Part shown: positions 18,523 to 26,454 of the stretch, one piece after another
Layout of the letters: each line of letters begins with the position of its first letter
Position numbering within the stretch: the first letter of the stretch is position 1
DNA from: Akkermansia sp.
Lineage (GTDB): Bacteria; Verrucomicrobiota; Verrucomicrobiia; Verrucomicrobiales; Akkermansiaceae
Length of the DNA: 64,000 nt
Assembly: GCA_017415995.1 (NCBI GenBank)
Contig: JAFQDN010000020.1
Span: 583 to 64,582, forward strand
Direction: 5' to 3'
The notes under the pieces: generated by a model
Told to the model about the DNA's origin: nothing
Database searches by the model: none
Seen by the model: the letters and a program-made list of their open reading frames with translations, nothing else
Translations under genes and position numbers: made by a program

Positions 18523-20056
18523 ATGATGGGTAACACACACAGCGTAGCAAACATGGAAAAGACGAAAAACATAGGCTTACCGGAGGGTTTCTCCCTAGGG
18601 CATTACCACCTGCTGAATGTGCTCGGGCAAGGTGGGTTCGGTATCACCTACCTCGCGTTGGATCAACGTACGAATGTCCGGGTGGTCATTAAGGAGAATT
18701 TGCCCACTTTTTACGCCGCGCGTGATGAAGCCACGTTGCAGGTGCAACCTCTGGCCGTGGCTGATGCCGTACAGAGCTATGCCCACACTTTACAGCGCTT
18801 TGTGGATGAGGCGCGCATCCTTGCCCGCCTGAAGCACCCGAACATCGTGCGTGTGCAAGAGGCATTTGAGGCGCTGGGGACGGCATACTATGTGATGCCC
18901 TATATCGAAGCGAAGGAGCTGCACAAGGTCATCCCTACGGAGGCGGTGAATGAAGCGTGGCTGCAGCCCATCCTCAAGGCGGTGTTGAGTGCGCTGGATT
19001 ACCTGCATGCCAAAAACTTGCTGCACCGCGACCTGAAACCCGGTAACATCCTACTGCAGGCGGATGGTTAACCCATTCTCATCGACTTTGGCACCGCCCG
19101 TGCCCTGGAAACGGAGCGCTCCGCTACCATGGTAGGCACGCCCGGCTACACCCCCATCGAGCAGATTTCCATCCACGGCAAATGCGGCGCGTGGACGGAT
19201 ATTTACTCCCTTGGAGCCACCTGTTACCGCCTCATTACAGGGCAATTGCCGCCGGAGGCGAATGCTCGCTTGGCGGAGGACGTAGACCCCTACTTTCCCT
19301 TGGCCTCCCGTGCGGAGCTTTGTACCCGCTTCTCGCCGTCCCTGCTGAGTAGCATCGACAAAGCCTTGGCCATCCGCGCCAAAGACCGCTGGCAAAGCGC
19401 GCGGCTGTGGTTAGATGCCCTGGCAGCACCGGCCCATCCCGTACCCGCTTACATTTCCGCCGCCGAATTTAAAGAATCTCCAAGTAATCCCAAACGCAGT
19501 CATCGCCCCTTATGTTTGTGTTACCGGGCATTTGTCTCATAGGCAGTGTGGGCTATGGATTGTATACTTGCCGGTCCGCCATTGAACAAGAACTTCTCCT
19601 TGCTGAATATGAACTTTCGGAAGCCAAACGTATAGCGAAAGAACGTGAAGAAGCGGCTAAGGCGGAAGCTGCGCTCCTTGCCCGTGAAAAAGCAGAGTGG
19701 GAGAAGACTCAACGCCTGATGCGAGAAAAAGCGGAGCAGGAAGAAGCTGAACGACAAGCCCGAGAAAAAGCAGAGCGTGAAGAGTCTGATAAACAGGCAA
19801 AAATTATTGAACATTATCAAAAGGGAGAGTGTTATTTAAACGGGAGTGGTGGCTATATGCAAAGCTATATGGAGGCCGTAAGCCACTTTCGCGTAGCTGC
19901 AATGTCCGGGCATGAAAGGCTCAGCGTTGTTTGGCTGAATGCTACTATACCGGTCGCGGGGTTGCTCTTGACTATGACGAGGCGGTTCACTGGTTCAAAA
20001 AGGCTGCTGAGCAAGGACACAAGGATGCTATAAAAGCGCTTAATTCGATGAAATAG
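18523..20056 (+). pseudogene. Disrupted Ser/Thr protein kinase - TM - coiled coil - Sel1 repeat gene
   Basis: Frame 1 encodes GQGGFGITY, VVIKE and HRDLKPGNILL. An in-frame TAA at 19069-19071 then directly precedes PILIDFG...GTPGYTPIEQ (same frame to 19542). The TM helix and coiled coil continue in frame 3 (19488-20033). The last Sel1 repeat (KAQRCLAECYYTGRGVALDYDEAVHWFKKAAEQGH) continues in frame 2 from 19916 to the TAG at 20054-20056. Confidence 0.75.
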
Positions 20057-20141
20057 GATTTCACGTCATCATTCCGCGCCGGTAAAGTGTCCATCAAGTA
20101 TTCGGACTGACACCAGGAGCCGGGGAAAACGCGGTTGCTTG

Positions 20142-21638
20142 TTATTTGGCCTTGCGTTTTGACTGTTTGATAACGGAGAACATAGCGCGTGCGAGAGAGG
20201 CTTTTTTTGAGAGCGGAATGTCCGTATCATAAGCCCAAATCATGACGCCTCCCATATGTTCTTGCTTAGCCCAACGGCATTTTTCTTTGATGAGGGTAGC
20301 GCCGTTGAAGGAGTGGGGAGGCCCATCGGAGCCGTCTGCATTTTTGGAGATAAACTCGTTGACATCGGGGCCGAGCTTCGGGTACCAGCTGCGTATTTGC
20401 GAATAACCGTATTGGGTCGTCAGTTTGCCTTTTTCGTTGCTGTAGAAGGGGAGACCGAGTACAATGCGCTTTTTGGGCATTTTAAAATTATTCAGGCATA
20501 TGTTGGCATCTCTTTGGAAGAGCTGCATGGAGGCGTGCTGCGCTTGGAGGTCATCATAGGACATGGTCATGATGAAGTCCAGCTGATCCGTTACAAAGGG
20601 GATGGGGACACGGTAGCCAACGGATGCTGCAATGCTGATGGAAACGCCGGAGCCGGCTAATTCCTCGCGCAAATCGGCAATAAAGAAACCGAAGTGCTGC
20701 CAATGGCTGGCCGTTTCCGGGTATTCCCAGTCAATGTCCACCCCTTGGTAGCCACGGCTGATAATCCACTTGGCCATGTTCTTTGCCAATTTGCGGCGGG
20801 TGTTGGCTTCGCGCACGGCTTCCGACATGGGACCTGCCATGTGCCCGAAGCCCGCAATGAGGTGTGATTTAGAGTCACCGCGCAGTCGTTTTAACTCTGC
20901 CAGAGCCTCATCCACCACTTGTTGTGCATCTACGCCTTCTCCCACGTATTGCAGGGTTACTTCACCATCGGATGAAACGGAATAGGCAAAATGGACAATG
21001 TCCGTAAAGAGCTTGAAGTGCTCCTCAGTAAGGTGCACGGCCTTGGGCGCATTGCCCCATCCTTTCACCCAGCGCGGGCGGTAGTACGGTACTACGCGAT
21101 AGGCAAAGGGGTATACGCGTGCGGCTTGCGGGTTTTGCACCGCCTCGCCCCATATTTGTTGTGGGGTGCAGCTTCCTTTGTCCGTTACCACGTTTGTGCA
21201 AACAGCGCTGATGCGGGAGTTGCCTTTGGCTTTGCCGGCAATATCCAAGGTGAGCCAGAAAATGGAGGTGCTTTCTTTCAGTTCAATGGATTTCTTAAAG
21301 ATAATCTCGTTTCCCGCTACGCGGGCGGACTCTAACAGGCTAGAGTGGTTATGGCCTTTCCCGTTCGGGGCAAAGCCGTTGTTCCAAGAGGCGTCAGCCT
21401 TGTACAGATGTGCTTTTTTGATGTTGCCCGCCTTTACTTTCTCTCCCAAGCTGAAGCGTATTTCTTTGATAACCTCTCCGGGCTCACCCATGATTTTGAG
21501 TTGCAGCAAACATTGGTTTTCCACCCCGGCATAAAAGATGCTGTAGGTTTGGCGGGTTTCCGCCGTGGCTGCTGCGGCTGTTCCGGCCATCAGCAGGCAC
21601 AGCATGAGGGAAAGAATGTAAACAAATCGCGTTACCAT
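20142..21638 (-). CDS. Glycoside hydrolase family 18 (chitinase / endo-beta-N-acetylglucosaminidase-like), exported
   Basis: Catalytic GVDIDWEYPE (DxxDxDxE) motif, a signal peptide from MVTRFVYILSLMLCLLMAGTAAAA and an N-terminal beta-sandwich-like domain. Confidence 0.85.
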   Translation of the reverse strand: MVTRFVYILSLMLCLLMAGTAAAATAETRQTYSIFYAGVENQCLLQLKIMGEPGEVIKEIRFSLGEKVKAGNIKKAHLYKADASWNNGFAPNGKGHNHSSLLESARVAGNEIIFKKSIELKESTSIFWLTLDIAGKAKGNSRISAVCTNVVTDKGSCTPQQIWGEAVQNPQAARVYPFAYRVVPYYRPRWVKGWGNAPKAVHLTEEHFKLFTDIVHFAYSVSSDGEVTLQYVGEGVDAQQVVDEALAELKRLRGDSKSHLIAGFGHMAGPMSEAVREANTRRKLAKNMAKWIISRGYQGVDIDWEYPETASHWQHFGFFIADLREELAGSGVSISIAASVGYRVPIPFVTDQLDFIMTMSYDDLQAQHASMQLFQRDANICLNNFKMPKKRIVLGLPFYSNEKGKLTTQYGYSQIRSWYPKLGPDVNEFISKNADGSDGPPHSFNGATLIKEKCRWAKQEHMGGVMIWAYDTDIPLSKKASLARAMFSVIKQSKRKAK

Positions 21639-21685
21639 GTTGTGTTCATGGTAACGCATCGAATGTTTTGTGTCAAGCCTGTATT

Positions 21686-23071
21686 TTATTCCGGCACACG
21701 TTCTATGCGCGTTTGGGTTACTCGGCGTCCATCTGTTCCGGTTACGGTGAACTCGTAATTGCGGATGCGTATCTTTTCATTCACCTCCGGCATGTGTCCC
21801 AGGCATGCTGTAATGTGCCCTCCGATGGTGGAGACGCCGCTGTCACTCTCTATTTCTCCCAGCGAGGGTAGGGCTTCCTCCAAGTCAAACAGTGCCATCG
21901 AGCCACTGGCTATGTATTGCTCAGGTCCTACCGGGAAGAAGTCGCGCGCCTCTTCCGCCTCAAACTCATCCTGTATGTCATTGCCGACAATCTCTTCCAG
22001 CACGTCATCCAAATAAACCTGGCCGGTTACACTGCCGTGCTCATCCACAACCAAGGCGCAGTGAGTGCGCTCCTTGGAGAAGAAGTTCAGCAGGGTGTCC
22101 AGCTTCATTGTCTCCGGCACCACTTTTAGTGTACGGCGTACACTCATAAGGTCTTTACTCCCTTTGCGCATCAGTTGCAGCATGTCTTTTACATGCAGCC
22201 AGCCTTTCACATCATCCAAGTGCCCGTCTGCTATGGTAAAACGGCTGTGGCGGCTGCTTGTTACCAGCTCCAGGTTCTTCTCAAAGCTGTCATTGATGTC
22301 CAGAAACTCCACCTCGTTACGCGGTACAATGATGTCCCGTACAGAACGGTCATTAAGTTCCAGCGCGTTCTGCGAGATTTCTGCCTCGGTTTCCGTTACC
22401 TCATGGCTGCGTCCGCTTTCCTCCAATATGTGCGAGATTTCTTCCGCGCTGTGGTGTGTGTCCGGTGTGTAGTGTGGGTCGACTCCGAATATGCGGTGCG
22501 CTATGGCGTTGGCTGTATTGTTGAACAATTTGACAATTGGTCCGGTCGATTTAGCAAAGCGCGTCATCCATATTGAGGTCTTCATGGAAACCCCAAGCGG
22601 ATTGCGAATGGCCAAACTCTTGGGTACCAGCTCGCCCAGTACCACGTGGGCAAAGGTAAATAAGGCGTAGGCCAGTGCATAGCTTATCACGCTTACAACC
22701 TCCGGTCGCAGGTGCAGGCAGTAGCTTAATATCGGTGAAAGCAGGCTCTCGATAAAGGGCTCGCCCAATGCACCCAGTGCCAGCGAGGCTAAGGTGATGC
22801 CTACTTGGTTGGCGGAAAGAAAGGAGTCCAGGTTGTTGACGATGTTGAGTGCCTTGGCGCGCTGGACGGCTTGTTTCTTGGTATCTTCGTCGTCTTCTTT
22901 CAGCTGGCTGATGCGTACGCGGGCACTCGCAAATTCGTTCGCTACAAAAAACGCGTTCAAAAACAGGAAAAAGCCTATCCCGAGCAGGAAAAGCAGGATT
23001 GATGTCAAGCTCGGGTAATTCCACGTGAGCTGTTGTACCTCTTCGGCATTTAAAAAAAGATATTCCATCAT
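21686..23071 (-). CDS. CNNM/HlyC-family membrane protein (DUF21 - CBS pair - CorC_HlyC)
   Basis: TM N-domain (ANEFASARV...), CBS pair region and a C-terminal transporter-associated domain. Start set at MMEYLF (23071) because the longer ORF would overlap the upstream gene. Confidence 0.85.
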   Translation of the reverse strand: MMEYLFLNAEEVQQLTWNYPSLTSILLFLLGIGFFLFLNAFFVANEFASARVRISQLKEDDEDTKKQAVQRAKALNIVNNLDSFLSANQVGITLASLALGALGEPFIESLLSPILSYCLHLRPEVVSVISYALAYALFTFAHVVLGELVPKSLAIRNPLGVSMKTSIWMTRFAKSTGPIVKLFNNTANAIAHRIFGVDPHYTPDTHHSAEEISHILEESGRSHEVTETEAEISQNALELNDRSVRDIIVPRNEVEFLDINDSFEKNLELVTSSRHSRFTIADGHLDDVKGWLHVKDMLQLMRKGSKDLMSVRRTLKVVPETMKLDTLLNFFSKERTHCALVVDEHGSVTGQVYLDDVLEEIVGNDIQDEFEAEEARDFFPVGPEQYIASGSMALFDLEEALPSLGEIESDSGVSTIGGHITACLGHMPEVNEKIRIRNYEFTVTGTDGRRVTQTRIERVPE

Positions 23072-23100
23072 GTTTTGTTGAAGGGGGGGGGAGGGGGCCG

Positions 23101-23361
23101 TTAAAGTTTCTCGTACACTCCGGTGTCTCGTTTTTCCATGACGGTGAAACCGGCCTTCTTCGCGTCGCTTATGGACAGGGGAGCCAATATCTTCGGTACG
23201 TTCACGACGCCTATCTTCTTGCGTACCGGATTCTTGCAATACAAACAGTGCGTCAGCGGTGCACGATCCACCGGACGCATCAGTTCAAATCCTTTGCGGC
23301 ATATCCGGCATGACTTCTCAGGGTCTTCCGGATTCTCACTTATGTATTCGTATATCGGCAT
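23101..23361 (-). CDS. FmdB-family zinc-ribbon protein
   Basis: MPIYEY... N-terminus with two CxxC pairs (CRIC, CLYC). Confidence 0.65.
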   Translation of the reverse strand: MPIYEYISENPEDPEKSCRICRKGFELMRPVDRAPLTHCLYCKNPVRKKIGVVNVPKILAPLSISDAKKAGFTVMEKRDTGVYEKL

Positions 23362-23424
23362 ATGCAAGCGCGGGCTACCCTAAAATAGCCCGCGCTCTGA
23401 AAAATGTCAATAAAAAATCCTGCC

Positions 23425-23694
23425 TTACCAGCTGGACTTGGTCACACCCGGAATCATGCCGGCGTTAGCCAGCTCGCGGAATGCGATACGGGACAGGTGG
23501 AAGCGACGCAGGAATGCGTGACGACGTCCGGTGAGCTCGCAGCGGTTCACCAGGCGTACGGGAGATGCGTTACGCGGCAGCATCGTCAATCCGATGTAGT
23601 CGCCTTCAGCCTTCAGCTTGGCGCGGAGGTCTGCGTAGCGAGCCGCGACAGCTGCCTTCTTCTTGTTTCTTTCAATCCAGCTCTTCTTAGCCAT
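23425..23694 (-). CDS. rpsN: 30S ribosomal protein S14 (long, non-zinc form)
   Basis: [13 protein letters not shown]...[28 protein letters not shown]...W is canonical S14. Confidence 0.95.
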   Translation of the reverse strand: MAKKSWIERNKKKAAVAARYADLRAKLKAEGDYIGLTMLPRNASPVRLVNRCELTGRRHAFLRRFHLSRIAFRELANAGMIPGVTKSSW

Positions 23695-23710
23695 AACTTT
23701 GTGGGCACGG

Positions 23711-23738
23711 ATTCTACAGGTTTTTTATTTATTGTCAA
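23711..23738 (-). promoter_or_regulatory. Putative sigma-70 promoter of rpsN
   Basis: Minus strand TTGACA (23738-33), a 16-nt spacer, then TAGAAT (23716-11), with an A/T-rich upstream region. Confidence 0.55.
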
Positions 23739-23783
23739 GCTCAATTTTGTGTTTTTTTGATTTTCTTTGCTTTTTTGACAATT

Positions 23784-24740
23784 TTAGCCGAGGGCGCGGA
23801 GTACGTCGTCAGGTAGGGGGGCTTGTCCCGCTGCTTGGGCGCACTGCTCTAACTGGGTTACATTGCGAGCGCCGATGAGAACGGAGCTGATTTCCTGTCT
23901 TCTCAGCAGCCAGCGCAGTGCCAGTTGAGTGAGCGGTATGCCGGCCTTATTGGCGATGTGTTGCAGTTCGCGTACTCTTTTCGCTGCATTCTGTACTTTG
24001 GCTTCATCCAGGAACACGGAGCTTTCATCCGCTGCGCGTGACAGGGGCGGTAGCTCCGCTCCCAGGTATTTTCCGGTGAGCATACCCTGAGCAAGCGGTG
24101 AGAACACAATGCTGCCCGTTTGTTCTTGCTGCACGGTCGGCAGAGTTTCGGTCTCGCATTCCCTATCCAGCAGGTTGTAGCGGAACTGGTGCAGCAGGCA
24201 TGGTACGTTTTCTGCCTTCAGCATTCCGCACACGCGCCGAAAAAGTGCAGGGGGGTATTTGGAAAGCCCTATGTAAAGTGCCTTGCCGCTGCGTACTATG
24301 TCCACAAGCGCACTTACTGTTTCTTCCACCGGGGTGGCTGTATCCGGTCTGTGGTGGTAGAATACATCTACATAGTCCAGCTGCAAACGCCGTAAGCTTT
24401 GGTTGATTCCGGCTATCAGGTGCTTACGCGAGCCCCAATCTCCATACACCCCCGGCCACATAAGGTGCCCGGACTTGGTGGAGATGAACATTTCATCTCG
24501 TCGCATGAAAAAATCCTGCTTCAGCAATCGCCCGAATCTTTCTTCCGCGCTGCCGGGGGGCGGCCCGTAGTTGTCTGCCAAGTCAAAATGGCAGATTCCC
24601 AGCTCCAAGGCTCGTCCTATCATGGCGCGGCACTCTTCGGCATCGCTCCCCGCTCCGAAATTGTGCCACAGTCCCAATGAAATCTCCGGTAGCAGTATCC
24701 CGCTATTCCCGCAGCGTCTGTATGTCATCCCTTCTGTCAT
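23784..24740 (-). CDS. Aldo/keto reductase (YghZ / glyceraldehyde-3-phosphate reductase-like)
   Basis: GLWHNFG, FDLADNYG, YVDVFYHHRPD and LAQGMLTGKY motifs. Confidence 0.9.
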   Translation of the reverse strand: MTEGMTYRRCGNSGILLPEISLGLWHNFGAGSDAEECRAMIGRALELGICHFDLADNYGPPPGSAEERFGRLLKQDFFMRRDEMFISTKSGHLMWPGVYGDWGSRKHLIAGINQSLRRLQLDYVDVFYHHRPDTATPVEETVSALVDIVRSGKALYIGLSKYPPALFRRVCGMLKAENVPCLLHQFRYNLLDRECETETLPTVQQEQTGSIVFSPLAQGMLTGKYLGAELPPLSRAADESSVFLDEAKVQNAAKRVRELQHIANKAGIPLTQLALRWLLRRQEISSVLIGARNVTQLEQCAQAAGQAPLPDDVLRALG

Positions 24741-24915
24741 CTTATTCCTATTCTATGTATTTGCCTTCGCTCTGTCAAGCTTGATGCTGTCGTCTTTGTA
24801 GGCAACTCTCTGCAAACTCAATCAAAGCCGAAGTGGACTGCCCATGCCTGACGTACAAAAAGATTCGGCTCGTGATGACGAGCCGAATCTGTAAAAGAAT
24901 GACGGATCGAAGGAA

Positions 24916-25974
24916 TCAGTACCCGAGGAAAAGGTGGAGGTGCTGCATTTCACGGCAGCCATGAGTGGCCGCAATATGGAGGAGGCGTTCCTCAACATCG
25001 CGTGGGGGCGGGAGGCACTTGCGCGGGAGGTCTGCCGTGAGGAGCTCCAGAGCACATGCGTTGTGGAGTGCCATGGTGGTTTCCATAAAGCACATGCGGG
25101 TGGGCTCTTCCAAGATGAAATTGAGGGGCTTTTTGGCATTGAGCACGCGCTCACTCGGAATTTTGGTACCGAACTCATCGTCTACGCCCATGTTGATGAG
25201 TAAGGTGGGATTGTTGAATACGGTTTCCGTTTTGAGGCGGTTGTGCAGGGCATTGAATTGCCCCGTTGCAGTCACCAGACACCAAGATTGAGCCGCGCAG
25301 CGGTTAAGCTCCTCCGTGTCGTGAACATCCAGGAATGCCACACCCTCCGGCAAATCGGCAGAGATATCCGCTTTGTCGATGACGGTAACATTCATGCCGT
25401 TGCGGCGTGCGTAGTGGACAATGCCACGGCCGACTTTGCCATAGCCGACGACTGCCAAGGATTTGTTCTGCAAGCCGGAATAACCGAGCTGGGCAAGTGC
25501 GCGGAAGAGGCTTTCACCGGTGCCGAGACCGGTTTCGATGCGTTTGATGATACCGGAATCCGCTACGATGACGGGGAGGCGCGTACGCTCGAATTTGCTG
25601 ACCCCGGAACGTGTGAGCTCCGTAAAGCCGAGTTTGGGTGTACGGTGGGCACAGCTGCCGGCGCAGTCCAAAATGATGTCGAAAGTGTCCTCTTTTTGTG
25701 CAGTACAGATGCCGAAAGAGGGGAGCAACGCCTCAATATCCGGGTTGCGTGGCAGGAGTGTTTTGCGAGGAATGCTCACCTGAGCCCCGGCGGCCAGCAG
25801 CGCCATGAATTTTGCAAGTGTGTTGCGGTAAAGAGGCGTGGCATCCAAAAGCCGGAGCCCCTCCAGCGGGCGGGAGATAGCCCATTGCTGCGCTTGGTGG
25901 CGCAGGGTGGGCCATTCCTCAGCTGTGTAAAAACGGTCCAGATATTCGCGGATGGCTAGCGCATTTGCATTCAT
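24916..25974 (-). CDS. S-adenosylhomocysteine-hydrolase-like NAD-binding protein (function unknown)
   Basis: Rossmann segment KSLAVVGYGKVGRGIVHYARRNGMNVTVID and an INMGVDDEF segment resemble the AdoHcyase NAD domain. The length (352 aa) and the rest of the sequence do not match canonical SAHH. Confidence 0.45.
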   Translation of the reverse strand: MNANALAIREYLDRFYTAEEWPTLRHQAQQWAISRPLEGLRLLDATPLYRNTLAKFMALLAAGAQVSIPRKTLLPRNPDIEALLPSFGICTAQKEDTFDIILDCAGSCAHRTPKLGFTELTRSGVSKFERTRLPVIVADSGIIKRIETGLGTGESLFRALAQLGYSGLQNKSLAVVGYGKVGRGIVHYARRNGMNVTVIDKADISADLPEGVAFLDVHDTEELNRCAAQSWCLVTATGQFNALHNRLKTETVFNNPTLLINMGVDDEFGTKIPSERVLNAKKPLNFILEEPTRMCFMETTMALHNACALELLTADLPRKCLPPPRDVEERLLHIAATHGCREMQHLHLFLGY

Positions 25975-26082
25975 GTGCCGTAGAGTTTACGCCTGCTGAG
26001 GCTCGGAATCAAGCGAAAACTGTGCTCGGCACGTAATTTATAGTTGCATAAAAGCGCGTGGTGTGTTAAATATGGGTCTGCA

Positions 26083-26427
26083 ATGGAAAAAACACTCTTC
26101 CAGAAAATAGCTGATAAGGAGATACCCTCCGATATGGTGTACGAGGATGAGCTGTGCGTGGCTTTCCGCGACATCACGCCCGTGGCTCCCGTGCATGTGT
26201 TGTTGGTGCCGCGTAAGCCCATACCGAGCATTGAATCTGCTGCGCCGGAGGATGCCGCCTTGCTGGCACACCTGATGCTGAAAGTGGGCGAGATTGCTCG
26301 TAGCGAGGGATTGGCAGCCGGAGGATTCCGAACGGTGATGAATACCGGGGCGGATGCCGGGCAAACGGTACCGCACCTGCACATTCACATTATCGGCGGA
26401 CGTTCCATGCAATGGCCTCCGGGCTAG
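26083..26427 (+). CDS. HIT family (histidine triad) nucleotide hydrolase
   Basis: MEKTLFQKIADKEIPSDMVYEDE... and the HLHIHIIGG histidine triad. Confidence 0.9.
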   Translation: MEKTLFQKIADKEIPSDMVYEDELCVAFRDITPVAPVHVLLVPRKPIPSIESAAPEDAALLAHLMLKVGEIARSEGLAAGGFRTVMNTGADAGQTVPHLHIHIIGGRSMQWPPG

Positions 26428-26454
26428 TCTCCGTGCGCTATTTACCTGTCAGTC

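Noticed and set aside
19069-19071. Programmed stop-codon readthrough or recoding in the kinase gene
   Set aside because: Two additional frameshifts lie downstream in the same gene and there is no recoding context. Simple gene decay or sequence error is far more likely.
23072-23239. N-terminal 56-aa extension of the CNNM ORF (start at 23239)
   Set aside because: The extension is R/E/H-rich and non-membrane, and it would overlap the FmdB-like gene by ~140 nt. MMEYLF at 23071 gives a normal DUF21 N-terminus.
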